From assembly GCA_034521025.1 (NCBI GenBank), contig JAXHMZ010000004.1:41315-105314 (forward strand): DNA of 64,000 nucleotides. The letters run 5' to 3'. This document shows positions 19,404-28,072 of this stretch, in pieces. A program made the translations under genes and the position numbers. The DNA is from Candidatus Campbellbacteria bacterium. GTDB lineage: Bacteria; Patescibacteriota; Minisyncoccia; Phycocordibacterales; JAXHMZ01. Numbering within the stretch: the stretch's first letter is position 1; each line of letters begins with the position of its first letter. The notes below the pieces were generated by a model that ran no database searches, had not been told where the DNA came from, and worked only from the letters and a program-made list of their open reading frames with translations.

Positions 19404-19772
19404 CTAGTTGAAGGCTTTTGTTTGGTGCTTCGTGTAGTGTTCGTAAAGGAAAAGTATCAGGTCTAATCCATCAAGTTTCCAGAAGGACTTGAAATCGTGG
19501 TAGGTACTTTCGGTAACGACAAGCGAGCCTTCTTTGGAAAACTCTTCAAACTTCTCCAGTTCCTTAACGGCATGCTCAAACTCAAACGAGTTAAGAGGCA
19601 TTAAGTTCTTTTGATCGTCCGGTCCATAAGAAAAGACGATCCATTCGTACACCTTGATCTCGCATCGTCTGCACTTCCGTACATTGGGTTTCCACGGTCT
19701 GTTTTCTTCAAGTCGCCAAGCTTGAGTCAGGGGCTTTTTACAAACCGGGCAAGGCACCGCTGTGTTTGTCAC
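19404..19772 (-). CDS. Hypothetical zinc-ribbon protein.
   Basis: Cys pairs CPVC...CRRC are present. It is the lone minus-strand gene between uvrA and uvrC. Confidence 0.4.
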   Translation of the reverse strand: MTNTAVPCPVCKKPLTQAWRLEENRPWKPNVRKCRRCEIKVYEWIVFSYGPDDQKNLMPLNSFEFEHAVKELEKFEEFSKEGSLVVTESTYHDFKSFWKLDGLDLILFLYEHYTKHQTKAFN

Positions 19773-19822
19773 CGCAAGCCTCCTTTCTTTTCTGGTGTTG
19801 ACACTATGTTAAAATAGTTGCT

Positions 19823-21103
19823 ATGTCAATTTCTAAAAAATTAATTAAAAGTATTGCCAAGCTTCCTGAATCTCCCGGGGTGTATTTTTTTCATGGCGCA
19901 AAAAGTGAAATCCTTTACATAGGTAAAGCTACTAGTCTTCGTGACAGGGTGAAGAGCTATCTTTCCGGTGATCTTTTGGATACTCGCGGTCCATTAATTA
20001 ACAAGATGGTAGGAGAGGCAGAAAAGGTAACTTATGTAGAGACTGATTCTGTGTTAGAGGCGCTAATCCTTGAAGCCAATTTAATAAAAAAACATCAGCC
20101 GGAATACAATAGTCGCGACAAAGACAACAAGAGCTGGAATTTTGTAGTTATAACGAACGAAAAATTTCCCAGGGTTCTAATAGAACGCGCGCGTACTCTG
20201 CCGGAACGGTTTGGTGAAGAAGACATCAAATATCAGTTCGGGCCTTTTACTTCCGGCTCAAATTTGCGAAGGGCGCTCAAAATAGTACGGAAACTATTTC
20301 CGTTTCGTGATAAGTGCACACCGTTTGTTGAGCTTACAGAAAAACAGAAAGACAAAGCACGAAAGTGCTTTAACGCCCAAATCGGGCTTTGTCCGGGCGT
20401 GTGCGTTGGGGAAGTCGATAAAAAGGAATACGCGCGAAACATACAGCATATTAAACTTTTCTTTGAGGGGCGGAAAAAAGCACTTATCAGATCTTTGGAG
20501 CGTGATATGAAAAAAGCTGCAAGATCGGAGAATTTTGAAAAAGCTGAAAGTATAAAACGTACTCTTTTTGCCCTTGACCACATCAACGATACGGCGCTCA
20601 TTTCAAGAGAGGAAGACATAGATAGCAAATACGCGAAAGATAAATCGGCGGTTCGAATTGAGGGATATGACGTATCGCATTTTGGCGGGTCTGAAACAAT
20701 CGGGGTTATGGTGGTAGTGGAAGACGGTTATAGCAAAAAAAGCGATTATCGTCGTTTTAAGATCCGCAATTCTAAATCTGGAGATACGGGTGCCCTAGAA
20801 GAGATATTGGAAAGACGCTTTAAGCATGATGAGTGGCAAACCCCTGACGTTCTCGTAACTGACGGAGGACGTGCTCAGCTCAACGTGGCTAAGAGGGTTG
20901 TCGGTAATCTCGAAAACGATAAAAAAGAGCGGATAAAAGTCGTTTCAGTAGTAAAGGATGAAAAACATCGTCCGCGGGAGATCATTGGATCAGACAAAAA
21001 GGTGATCGAAAAATACAACGCTGAGATACTTCTTGCGAACAGCGAAGCTCACAGATTTGCTATAGCCTTCCAGAAAGAACGCCGCAAGAAAGGATTTATA
21101 TAA
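19823..21103 (+). CDS. uvrC: Excinuclease ABC subunit C, short form (GIY-YIG + UVR + RNase H-like endonuclease; no C-terminal HhH2).
   Basis: The GIY-YIG domain shows GVYFFHG...ILYIGKA. A UVR motif lies around FEKAESIKRTLFAL. The endonuclease domain shows IEGYDVSHFGGSETIGV. The protein ends without helix-hairpin-helix repeats. Confidence 0.8.
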   Translation: MSISKKLIKSIAKLPESPGVYFFHGAKSEILYIGKATSLRDRVKSYLSGDLLDTRGPLINKMVGEAEKVTYVETDSVLEALILEANLIKKHQPEYNSRDKDNKSWNFVVITNEKFPRVLIERARTLPERFGEEDIKYQFGPFTSGSNLRRALKIVRKLFPFRDKCTPFVELTEKQKDKARKCFNAQIGLCPGVCVGEVDKKEYARNIQHIKLFFEGRKKALIRSLERDMKKAARSENFEKAESIKRTLFALDHINDTALISREEDIDSKYAKDKSAVRIEGYDVSHFGGSETIGVMVVVEDGYSKKSDYRRFKIRNSKSGDTGALEEILERRFKHDEWQTPDVLVTDGGRAQLNVAKRVVGNLENDKKERIKVVSVVKDEKHRPREIIGSDKKVIEKYNAEILLANSEAHRFAIAFQKERRKKGFI

Positions 21104-21155
21104 TTAAATCTACTAGTGCACAGGTCATAAATTAGTGCTCGTGTATAATGACACT

Positions 21156-22130
21156 ATGAGTCATGAAAAGATACGAGTTGGAGTTTTGCGCGGAGGTCCT
21201 TCGAACGAATATGAGGTATCTCTGCGGACCGGGCAATATGTTTTAGATCAGCTGCGAAAACTCTCTGAGGTGTTTGAGCCGGTTGACATTCTAATTTCAC
21301 GCAACGGAGCCTGGCACCTTAAGGGTATAGAGGTTGATCCAAAGAACGTCGTATTACATATTGATGTGGCTTTTGTGGCACTACATGGAGAATATGGTGA
21401 GGACGGAAAAGTGCAGGCGCTTTTGGAAAGGCACGGAGTTCCTTATACCGGATCAGATTCCATTTCTTCGGCTCTGGGGATGAATAAACACATAAGCAAA
21501 GAGATGTTCGAGCGAGAAGGAATCCGCTCTCCTCTGCATATTGTTTTAGATCCGCAGACGGATGATGTAGACGGTGCAGTAGAGAAGATCTCAAAAGAAT
21601 TTCCTTTGCCAATGATAGTTAAGCCAGCTTCCGGTGGTTCGTCAGTTGGGGTATCACTAATATCAAGCTATGATCATCTTCGCGAGGCTGTTACTTTTGC
21701 TTTGGAGCATTCTAGAAAAGTATTGATAGAAGAATTTATTTCCGGACGTGAAGCAACTGTAGGCGTACTAGAAGATTTTCGAAACGAAGAGTTGTATTCG
21801 CTCTTACCGGTTGAAATCGCTCCTACTAAAGAGGTCTATGATTACGAAGATAAATATACCGGAGAGTCTAAAGGTATATATCCGGGTAATTTTTCCGAAG
21901 AAGAAAAAAGGATCCTGCAAGACTTGGCGCGCAACGCTCACAATGCACTCGGTTTACGGCACTATTCTCGTTCTGATTTTATAGTTGCTCCTGATGACAT
22001 CTATATTCTAGAAGTTAATAGCCTTCCTGGATTAACGGAAACTTCTCATTTTCCAAAGTCGTTGGAGGTTCTCGGCATTGATCACCATTCCTTCATCGAA
22101 CATTTGATATATCTTGCTCTGAATAAGTAG
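21156..22130 (+). CDS. ddl: D-alanine--D-alanine ligase.
   Basis: Motifs KIRVGVLRGGPSNEYEVSL and VAFVALHGEYGEDGKVQALLE are present, followed by an ATP-grasp C-terminal domain. The ORF-finder start at 21135 is also possible. Confidence 0.85.
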   Translation: MSHEKIRVGVLRGGPSNEYEVSLRTGQYVLDQLRKLSEVFEPVDILISRNGAWHLKGIEVDPKNVVLHIDVAFVALHGEYGEDGKVQALLERHGVPYTGSDSISSALGMNKHISKEMFEREGIRSPLHIVLDPQTDDVDGAVEKISKEFPLPMIVKPASGGSSVGVSLISSYDHLREAVTFALEHSRKVLIEEFISGREATVGVLEDFRNEELYSLLPVEIAPTKEVYDYEDKYTGESKGIYPGNFSEEEKRILQDLARNAHNALGLRHYSRSDFIVAPDDIYILEVNSLPGLTETSHFPKSLEVLGIDHHSFIEHLIYLALNK

Positions 22131-22134
22131 TCTC

Positions 22135-22296
22135 ATGAAAGAAGAGAAAAATATAGGCAAAAAAGCAGAAGAAAGACTGGTTCATTTTCTTTGTTATAAT
22201 TGTGAAAAATGGTGGTCTATTGGTGATCCACCTGATGATAGAGACGACTGGTATTGCCCTTGGTGCGGGAAGAAACAAGAGTTTACTGAAAGTTAA
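22135..22296 (+). CDS. Small (53-aa) zinc-ribbon protein, below the ORF-track threshold.
   Basis: ATG at 22135. CYNC...CPWC cysteine pairs are present. It lies directly after ddl. Confidence 0.3.
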   Translation: MKEEKNIGKKAEERLVHFLCYNCEKWWSIGDPPDDRDDWYCPWCGKKQEFTES

Positions 22297-22374
22297 AAGC
22301 AGATCAAATTGTATCTGTTTGATCGTGCGTCAATCTTGCGTTAGAAATATAATAAGGTAGAATTCTAACGTGTC

Positions 22375-22447
22375 GGGCCCTTAGCTTAGTTGGTAGAGCG
22401 CCTCATTTGCACTGAGGAGGTCACCAGTTCGAGTCTGGTAGGGTCCA
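22375..22447 (+). tRNA. tRNA-Ala (anticodon UGC).
   Basis: A cloverleaf can be drawn with anticodon loop TTTGCAC and a G3:U70 Ala identity pair. T-arm is CCAGTTCGAGTCTGG. CCA is not encoded. Confidence 0.85.
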
Positions 22448-22456
22448 CAGCGTTAA

Positions 22457-22486
22457 GAAAAACAGCACCTGCGTGCTGTTTTTTAG
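22457..22486 (+). terminator. Rho-independent terminator after the tRNA.
   Basis: cagcac-ctgc-gtgctg followed by T6. Confidence 0.6.
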
Positions 22487-22767
22487 TTGCGGAAGGCGGA
22501 GCCATCTTTCAGCGAGCACGCTGAAAGGGCGAGCCGGGGTCGCGGAAATTGACAGCTGGCGAGCTGTCAATTATCTGTGACCACAAACAAAAGCAAAACA
22601 AAAAGCCCGCTAAATATCATTGGTATTTAGCGGTTTTGGTTTTCGAAATATTTGCTTTGAGCTGTAAAGGGGTCAAGTTGCCAGGTTGACACCTTCTTTT
22701 TCGACTTATTCAGTTTTCCACTTTTGGTATTTGGTTTTATGACCAGAAGAGATATATCTGTGCTAAG

Positions 22768-23640
22768 ATGGGAAATATGCAAAAAAGTACTCTCTGGACT
22801 ACGGTGATAGGTTTGGCGTTTCTCGTGGTTTTGGTACTCACTAACAGTCAAACCAATGATCAAAATCACAGCTCAGACCAGGAGGTCGTCAGTGAAGAGA
22901 CGGACGAACAGAAAGATACCGCAAACAACACAGACACAACGTCTCTGTGTCCAATGGAGGATGAACCCATTGCCTTTATCACGCCCTCAGCCGTTGAGGG
23001 TTGGGATCGTGTAGTGATCGATGAGGATGCGTCGTCATACGCAAGGTATGCGTTCTCAGGCTCGGTGCTTTTGCCACCAGAGAGCACTATTGAGCCAATT
23101 GATCATTCATCATGGGATTATGAAGTCACATTTCCTTTAAGTAACGGTGACGAGGTAAGCGTAACTATATCTATTTACGAACTCTCGTCAGAGTCATTTA
23201 TGTCGGGAAGTTACTCCCTTGTTGCTTATGATTATCTCGCCGATGTCTGGTATACAAATGCTGAGCGACCAGTTCACCAAAACACAAGAAGTGTGCACAA
23301 TGTCTATAATTACGAAAAATGTGAAGCGGTTGCTGTGGGTGCTACCACACAAGATCCATTATCTTTTGCTCTGACCGGCGAATCTGCGCCCGATGTTTCT
23401 ACCGGGCATAATATTTATAGAATGTCCGGCGGCGAAGATGGCTACTTCGGCGATGATCTTTTTGCTCTAATACATAAAAAGACCGATCCAAGCATTTCAT
23501 CTTCACAACCTCCTTACATCATCAACTTTGGATATATGCATACCTCTCCGACTACGAGAGGTGAGGGAGCCAAGGAAGAGATTAGAGAGACGGTGGATTA
23601 TATAGCTCAGTCGCTTGTGTATTATCCTTCACAGCCATAG
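22768..23640 (+). CDS. Hypothetical membrane-anchored secreted protein.
   Basis: An N-terminal TM helix is present. The body is acidic and Ser/Thr rich, with no recognised domain. Confidence 0.45.
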   Translation: MGNMQKSTLWTTVIGLAFLVVLVLTNSQTNDQNHSSDQEVVSEETDEQKDTANNTDTTSLCPMEDEPIAFITPSAVEGWDRVVIDEDASSYARYAFSGSVLLPPESTIEPIDHSSWDYEVTFPLSNGDEVSVTISIYELSSESFMSGSYSLVAYDYLADVWYTNAERPVHQNTRSVHNVYNYEKCEAVAVGATTQDPLSFALTGESAPDVSTGHNIYRMSGGEDGYFGDDLFALIHKKTDPSISSSQPPYIINFGYMHTSPTTRGEGAKEEIRETVDYIAQSLVYYPSQP

Positions 23641-23675
23641 AAAAAAGTAAGGGCCCTTAAGCCTTAAAAACCAAA

Positions 23676-24689
23676 ATGAGGAACGGTATCAAAAGACACG
23701 TTATAAGCTATCTGGCAATTGGACTTGCTGCTTTTGCCCTGCTCTTTTTCATAGCTCCTCAAAATGTAAGAGCAACAAGTGATCCACCACCAATGGTCAC
23801 CATAGAAGCCGAGTTAAATGATAATCTTTTTACACTGAAAAGAACTTGTTTGGATCAAAATTGTTTCTTTGTTCTTGAGGAAGATCAAACGGGTGATTTT
23901 TCTATAAAACGAGCTCACGACAAAGAAGATGAGTTCTCTATTCTTACTAGAGGAAGTGTATCGCGCGAAAACAATCGTATACGAATTCAACCTGATCCCT
24001 ATAGCATAAGGTACAAAGACGTTCCCTTTCGCGAAGACGCGTTAGTAGAAGCGTTGAAGGTGTTGATTCAAGATGATATTTCCGACATCAAACCAGTTTT
24101 ACTGCAAACATTTGAAGGATGGGCAAGAGTGGGAAGAGGGGCAAGCTTCACAGTTACTCCATATGAACCGAGCAAGGAAAGGGAACTTCAGAAAGACAAA
24201 AATAGACTTCTTGAGTGCTTCTTTAATGAGTACGAACGAAAAGGTGATTGGTTGATCATTTCAGAAGGAAATACTCGTGAGTACTGTTATCCGGATGGAA
24301 ATTTTAGTAGGTCGATTAACTACTCGCACTTTACGTATTTTCTTTTGACCAATATACACCAACTTCCTACCTATATTGGTCAATTACCTATTTTTCACCT
24401 TGTTATACTAATACTCATACTACTGGGCGTTGTAGGATTTATGTATCACCTCATCAGGAAAGGAAATTTTTGGCTTTTCTTGAAACCGAATAAAACCAAA
24501 GTAATTTTAGTAGTCGTATCAGGAATCATATTGACGGTCATATTCGCCGCTAAGTATATGCAACCAGGCCCTGCGATGTCCGTTGTTATTGGCGCGCGTA
24601 TAATAGATTATCTTATACAAATATATCTCCTTATCTGTGTGATCGGATATGTAATTTATAAGCTTAAGAATAGGCGGGAAACAAACTAA
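23676..24689 (+). CDS. Family member A of a paralogous 4-TM, 4-Cys surface protein family.
   Basis: It has a signal/TM helix, a PPP motif, CLDQNC, a second Cys pair (C...YCYPD) and three C-terminal TM helices. It shares FL(K/R)PNKTK...SGIILT...IDYL(I/V)(Q/E)IYLL(I/T)CVIGY with the genes at 28073 and 29268. Confidence 0.6.
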   Translation: MRNGIKRHVISYLAIGLAAFALLFFIAPQNVRATSDPPPMVTIEAELNDNLFTLKRTCLDQNCFFVLEEDQTGDFSIKRAHDKEDEFSILTRGSVSRENNRIRIQPDPYSIRYKDVPFREDALVEALKVLIQDDISDIKPVLLQTFEGWARVGRGASFTVTPYEPSKERELQKDKNRLLECFFNEYERKGDWLIISEGNTREYCYPDGNFSRSINYSHFTYFLLTNIHQLPTYIGQLPIFHLVILILILLGVVGFMYHLIRKGNFWLFLKPNKTKVILVVVSGIILTVIFAAKYMQPGPAMSVVIGARIIDYLIQIYLLICVIGYVIYKLKNRRETN

Positions 24690-24737
24690 TGTGGATATTT
24701 TGGATTCTAATTTTTCATAGTTTGCTATAATGGAGCA

Positions 24738-24899
24738 ATGAAGAAGAGTAAAAAGAATCTTTCCAGCAGTCTTCTATATATGCTTATTTTTACTCTTTTT
24801 GCTTCAGTGATGGCGCTTCTATTTCTAGGTATTGCACACAGAAACTATTCATTTACATCTACGGAGACGTATTATAATAAGGAAACCGCAGGCAGTTGA
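24738..24899 (+). CDS. Small (53-aa) predicted membrane protein, below the ORF-track threshold.
   Basis: ATG at 24738. It has a basic N-terminus and one hydrophobic helix (LLYMLIFTLFASVMALLFLGI). Confidence 0.25.
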   Translation: MKKSKKNLSSSLLYMLIFTLFASVMALLFLGIAHRNYSFTSTETYYNKETAGS

Positions 24900-24944
24900 A
24901 TTACAGCAGCTCTTAATTTTGTAATTTAGTATTAGTGTTGAAAT

Positions 24945-24979
24945 ATAAAAAAAGAGGGGGATCCATCGGATCCCCCTTC
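24945..24979 (-). terminator. Intrinsic terminator for a minus-strand transcript.
   Basis: Hairpin agggggatcc-atc-ggatccccct. On the minus strand it is followed by a U7 run (plus-strand A run at 24947-24953). Confidence 0.5.
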
Positions 24980-25262
24980 TGTGTCAGTTCGCACCAGCAA
25001 TAGAGTACTATATTTGTATCAAATCCTCCACGATACGGAAGATGCTCCCGCACCGCTTCAGCGGAACATGACTGCTCACCCCCTAAGCATTAAATGAGTT
25101 TGCGCTCTTACATTCTCAGTGTCGACGTGAGTATCAGTTGTTGGAGGTATTAAACAGTCCCAATTCTACTCCTTTCGACAAAAAAGGCTTTAAAGTACTC
25201 AGAGTCACTAATGCTCACCCGCAACTGTTTGTAGTATTAGTGACTCTAATGTTATATATAAT
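24980..25262 (-). ncRNA. Candidate ncRNA of about 300 nt with unknown identity.
   Basis: A minus-strand TTGACA-17/18-TATATA promoter lies at about 25256-25284, and the terminator is at 24945-24979. No ORF longer than about 10 codons occurs on that strand. A strong 5' hairpin (agagtcactaat...attagtgactct) and several internal hairpins are present. Confidence 0.3.
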
Positions 25263-25411
25263 ACAATACTTATATATTGTCAAATTCTTTAAGAGAATCG
25301 AGTGTATATTGCGTTGAAAGGGAAGGAGAAATCGAAACTGAGGAAAAGCGCGCGAATTTTCTACAGGTCAGATATTCGTCATTACCGCTAAGCATAGGCA
25401 CAGGGTATACA

Positions 25412-26371
25412 ATGTCGGTAACGAGATCTCTTTTTAATATCGTCGGCATATTAATAAGGAAGTTGCGTTCGCAAAGAGTCACAGATAATATAGACCCGAT
25501 GTATACAATTATACTTTTCTACAAATATATAACTATTGAAGATCCCGAAAAGGAACGGGATGAACAACGAGAGTTGTGTGAGAGACATGGACTTACCGGC
25601 CGCTTGATCGTGGCCAATGAGGGTATAAATGGAACTCTGGAAGGGCGTGAGCCAGATATCAAAAAATATATACAAGCACTAACCGAAGACGAACGATTTT
25701 CAGATATTGACTTTAAAACAAGTAAAGGTACCGGCGGGGCGTTTCCAAAACTTTCAGTAAAGGTAAGGTCGGAGATAGTATCTTCAAGACTGGGGAGTGG
25801 AGTGAATCCACAAGAAGATACGGGAACAAAGATCGATCCTGATGAGTTACATAGATGGTACGAGGAAGGCAGAGATTTTACGGTGATCGATATGCGTAAT
25901 GATTATGAGTTTGTTTCGGGTCATTTCCATAATTCGGTGGATCCGGGTATGCGCAATTTCCGTGATCTTCCAGAAAAAGCAAAAGAGCTTGAGCATTTAA
26001 AAGACAAGACCGTGGTTACAGTTTGTACTGGAGGCGTGCGTTGTGAAAAAGCTTCAGCATATCTAAAATCACAGGGATTTAGTAAAGTGCATCAACTCAA
26101 AGGTGGTCTTCATCGCTATATAGAAAAGTATCCGGCTGCGCACTTTAAAGGAGGATTGTATGTTTTTGATGGCAGGGTTGTTATGGAAACAGCTCCGGAC
26201 CAGGAAAGAGAGGTAGTAGGCAAGTGCCAGTTCTGTGGTGTTAATACGGAGAAGTATGCCGACGATGATTCTGTTACCCCTTCACGTCAGATCCTCTGCT
26301 GTGATAGTTGCTTTCAGGACCAAGGTAATTTGCGCAGAAATAAAGAGAGCCGAAAACAAACGAGTGCTTAG
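25412..26371 (+). CDS. trhO: Rhodanese-domain tRNA uridine(34) hydroxylase (TrhO/YceA, UPF0176).
   Basis: Motifs ILFYKY and ERHGLTGRLIVANEGINGTLEG are present. The rhodanese active Cys is in VCTGGVRCEKA. There is a C-terminal CxxC...CC..C. The start could be 25412 or 25499. The ORF-track extension to 25277 is probably not real. Confidence 0.7.
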   Translation: MSVTRSLFNIVGILIRKLRSQRVTDNIDPMYTIILFYKYITIEDPEKERDEQRELCERHGLTGRLIVANEGINGTLEGREPDIKKYIQALTEDERFSDIDFKTSKGTGGAFPKLSVKVRSEIVSSRLGSGVNPQEDTGTKIDPDELHRWYEEGRDFTVIDMRNDYEFVSGHFHNSVDPGMRNFRDLPEKAKELEHLKDKTVVTVCTGGVRCEKASAYLKSQGFSKVHQLKGGLHRYIEKYPAAHFKGGLYVFDGRVVMETAPDQEREVVGKCQFCGVNTEKYADDDSVTPSRQILCCDSCFQDQGNLRRNKESRKQTSA

Positions 26372-26443
26372 TTATAAACAGATGCTATTGTGCAATTCAA
26401 AAAACTTGGTGCTAGAATCAGATAAGCTAAATAGATTCAAGAT

Positions 26444-26977
26444 ATGGTAGAAAATGTAACCCTTTTATTATCTATACTTACGGTCGTCGCGCAGATCTTT
26501 ATTTTTTTCGCGATAGTTGAGTTAATCCGGACAAGGGGCAAAAAAAAGAATTCTATGATCTTGCGATTGGTTGATCGCACTCCTGTCTTGTATTCATTTT
26601 TTATTGCCGCCTTAGCAATGCTCGGTAGTTTGTTCTATTCTGAAATAGCCCAGTATGATCCGTGTGAGTTTTGTTGGTATCAACGTATTCTTATGTACCC
26701 CTTAGTCGTATTGTTTGGCCTAGCTCTCTTGCGACGTGACCGTAATATTCTCCCTTATGGTTTCATTCTTAGTATAATCGGCGCAATAATTGCCCTCTAT
26801 CATTATCTAATGCAACTGGGATTCATTGCGCCAACAACCTGCAGCGCTGTGGGTGTATCGGTCTCTTGTTCCGATTCGTTTACGGTGACGTTCGGATACA
26901 TAAGTATTCCGATGATGGCCCTGACGGCATTTGCATTAATTATTATATTTTCAGTAATTTCACAAAAAAATGACTAA
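26444..26977 (+). CDS. DsbB/BdbC-family disulfide bond formation protein B.
   Basis: It has four TM helices. The motif YDPCEFCWYQRILMYP matches the BdbC CxxC. A second Cys pair lies in a periplasmic loop. Confidence 0.7.
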   Translation: MVENVTLLLSILTVVAQIFIFFAIVELIRTRGKKKNSMILRLVDRTPVLYSFFIAALAMLGSLFYSEIAQYDPCEFCWYQRILMYPLVVLFGLALLRRDRNILPYGFILSIIGAIIALYHYLMQLGFIAPTTCSAVGVSVSCSDSFTVTFGYISIPMMALTAFALIIIFSVISQKND

Positions 26978-27416
26978 CTATCAAAAATGGGCGCTTACTA
27001 GTTTACGCGTAGGCCTCGGATGGCTCTTCTTCTATGCGGGTATTACTAAAATTTTCGATCCGACCTGGTCTGCAGGGGTATTTCTTAGCAATGCTTCGAC
27101 TTTCCCAGAAATGTACGAATTTTTCGCGCATCCTGACGTGTTGCCGATCGTTAATTTGCTCAATGAGTGGGGACTCACGTTGCTCGGTGTTTCGCTTATA
27201 ACCGGTGTACTTGTTCGGGTTTCCGCGCCGCTTGGAGTACTGTTGATGCTTCTCTACTATCTTGCTTCGCTCGACTTTCCGATGGTGGGAGAGCATTCGT
27301 ATATAGTCAATGATCACATAATCAAAGTGCTCGCTCTTTTGACCCTTGTTGCGTTTAACGCCGGACGATACAAAAGCCTTGGTACTGTTATACGAAAAGG
27401 TCTTAAAAAGAAATAG
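26970..27416 (+). CDS. DoxX-family membrane protein.
   Basis: The N-terminus is MTNYQKWALTSLRVGLGWLFFYAGITKIF. It has four TM helices and overlaps dsbB by 8 bp. Confidence 0.7.
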   Translation: MTNYQKWALTSLRVGLGWLFFYAGITKIFDPTWSAGVFLSNASTFPEMYEFFAHPDVLPIVNLLNEWGLTLLGVSLITGVLVRVSAPLGVLLMLLYYLASLDFPMVGEHSYIVNDHIIKVLALLTLVAFNAGRYKSLGTVIRKGLKKK

Positions 27417-27473
27417 AGGTTCTCTTATTTGTGCTCGTGCTTAATTTTTGTACTATGCATAGATAGTGCGTAG

Positions 27474-27546
27474 GGGCCATTAGCTCATTCGGTAGAGCGC
27501 ATCGCTGGCAGCGATGAGGTGACCGGTTCGATTCCGGTATGGTCCA
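27474..27546 (+). tRNA. tRNA-Ala (anticodon GGC).
   Basis: Acceptor GGGCCAT/ATGGTCC has a G3:U70 pair. D-arm is GCTC-ATTCGGTA-GAGC, anticodon loop CTGGCAG, T-arm ACCGG-TTCGATT-CCGGT. Confidence 0.8.
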
Positions 27547-27551
27547 CATTT

Positions 27552-27944
27552 ATGTTCGAAAATATGAACAGTGAAGGTGAAAACAGATCGACACCTGAGT
27601 TAGACAACCTACTAAAGCAAAGAGAAGAAGTCACTCGCCGTCTTTATGTAATGATGTTTGAAAATTTGGCGATATTTGGCGTGCCGGCTTTTGTGGCGCT
27701 CGTTGTTGGCTTGAAGTTGCGTGAGGAGTGGGGAAACATTGCTCTGTTTGCTTTGCTGGCTCTAGCTCTTGTTGTTTCTTGGTTGATCTTCTTCAGAAGA
27801 TATCGTTACTTTACCGGTGAGCTCGCCAAGCTAGAAACCGCGATCAAAAATGAAAGAAAAAGAGCCGGGATACCGGAACCGGAAGCGCCTGGCTACCCCG
27901 ACGAAGAAGAGGAAGAGAGCGACGAGGAAAAAGAAGAAGAATAA
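27552..27944 (+). CDS. Small two-TM membrane protein with an acidic C-tail.
   Basis: The ORF-track start at 27519 overlaps the tRNA, so ATG 27552 (or 27564) is more likely. The C-terminus is EEEEESDEEKEEE. Confidence 0.4.
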   Translation: MFENMNSEGENRSTPELDNLLKQREEVTRRLYVMMFENLAIFGVPAFVALVVGLKLREEWGNIALFALLALALVVSWLIFFRRYRYFTGELAKLETAIKNERKRAGIPEPEAPGYPDEEEEESDEEKEEE

Positions 27945-27970
27945 TAAAAATGACCAAATATAGCGATTCT

Positions 27971-28000
27971 AAATGCTTCAATCTATAGATTGAAGCATTT
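27971..28000. repeat. Palindrome copy 2 (identical to copy 1).
   Basis: AAATGCTTCAATCTATAGATTGAAGCATTT. It lies 26 bp after the upstream stop and 72 bp before the family-B start. Confidence 0.9.
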
Positions 28001-28072
28001 AATTGGTGGTTTGTAAGGTGTTTACTTCACTTTTGAGATTTTGTGATAAAGTTGACTTAAAGTTTTATAGTT

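Noticed and set aside
22487-22600. Possible SRP RNA (GCGGAAGG resembles the domain IV GGAAGG motif).
   Set aside because: The flanking helix-8 consensus (AGCAGCC, GNRA-closed stem) is not satisfied. The identity cannot be supported without a covariance-model search.
24980-25262. tmRNA, RNase P RNA or 6S as the identity of the minus-strand ncRNA candidate.
   Set aside because: There is no tRNA-like acceptor/T-arm pairing of the ends, no AGGAAAGUCC or ACAGAAxCGGCUUA P4 motifs, and no tag ORF. It is left unassigned.
25270-25482. A 70-aa minus-strand ORF, and the N-terminal extension of the trhO ORF back to 25277.
   Set aside because: The region upstream of ~25412 has promoter-like signals, and the TrhO family begins near the FYKY motif. 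The extension and the antisense ORF are probably non-coding.
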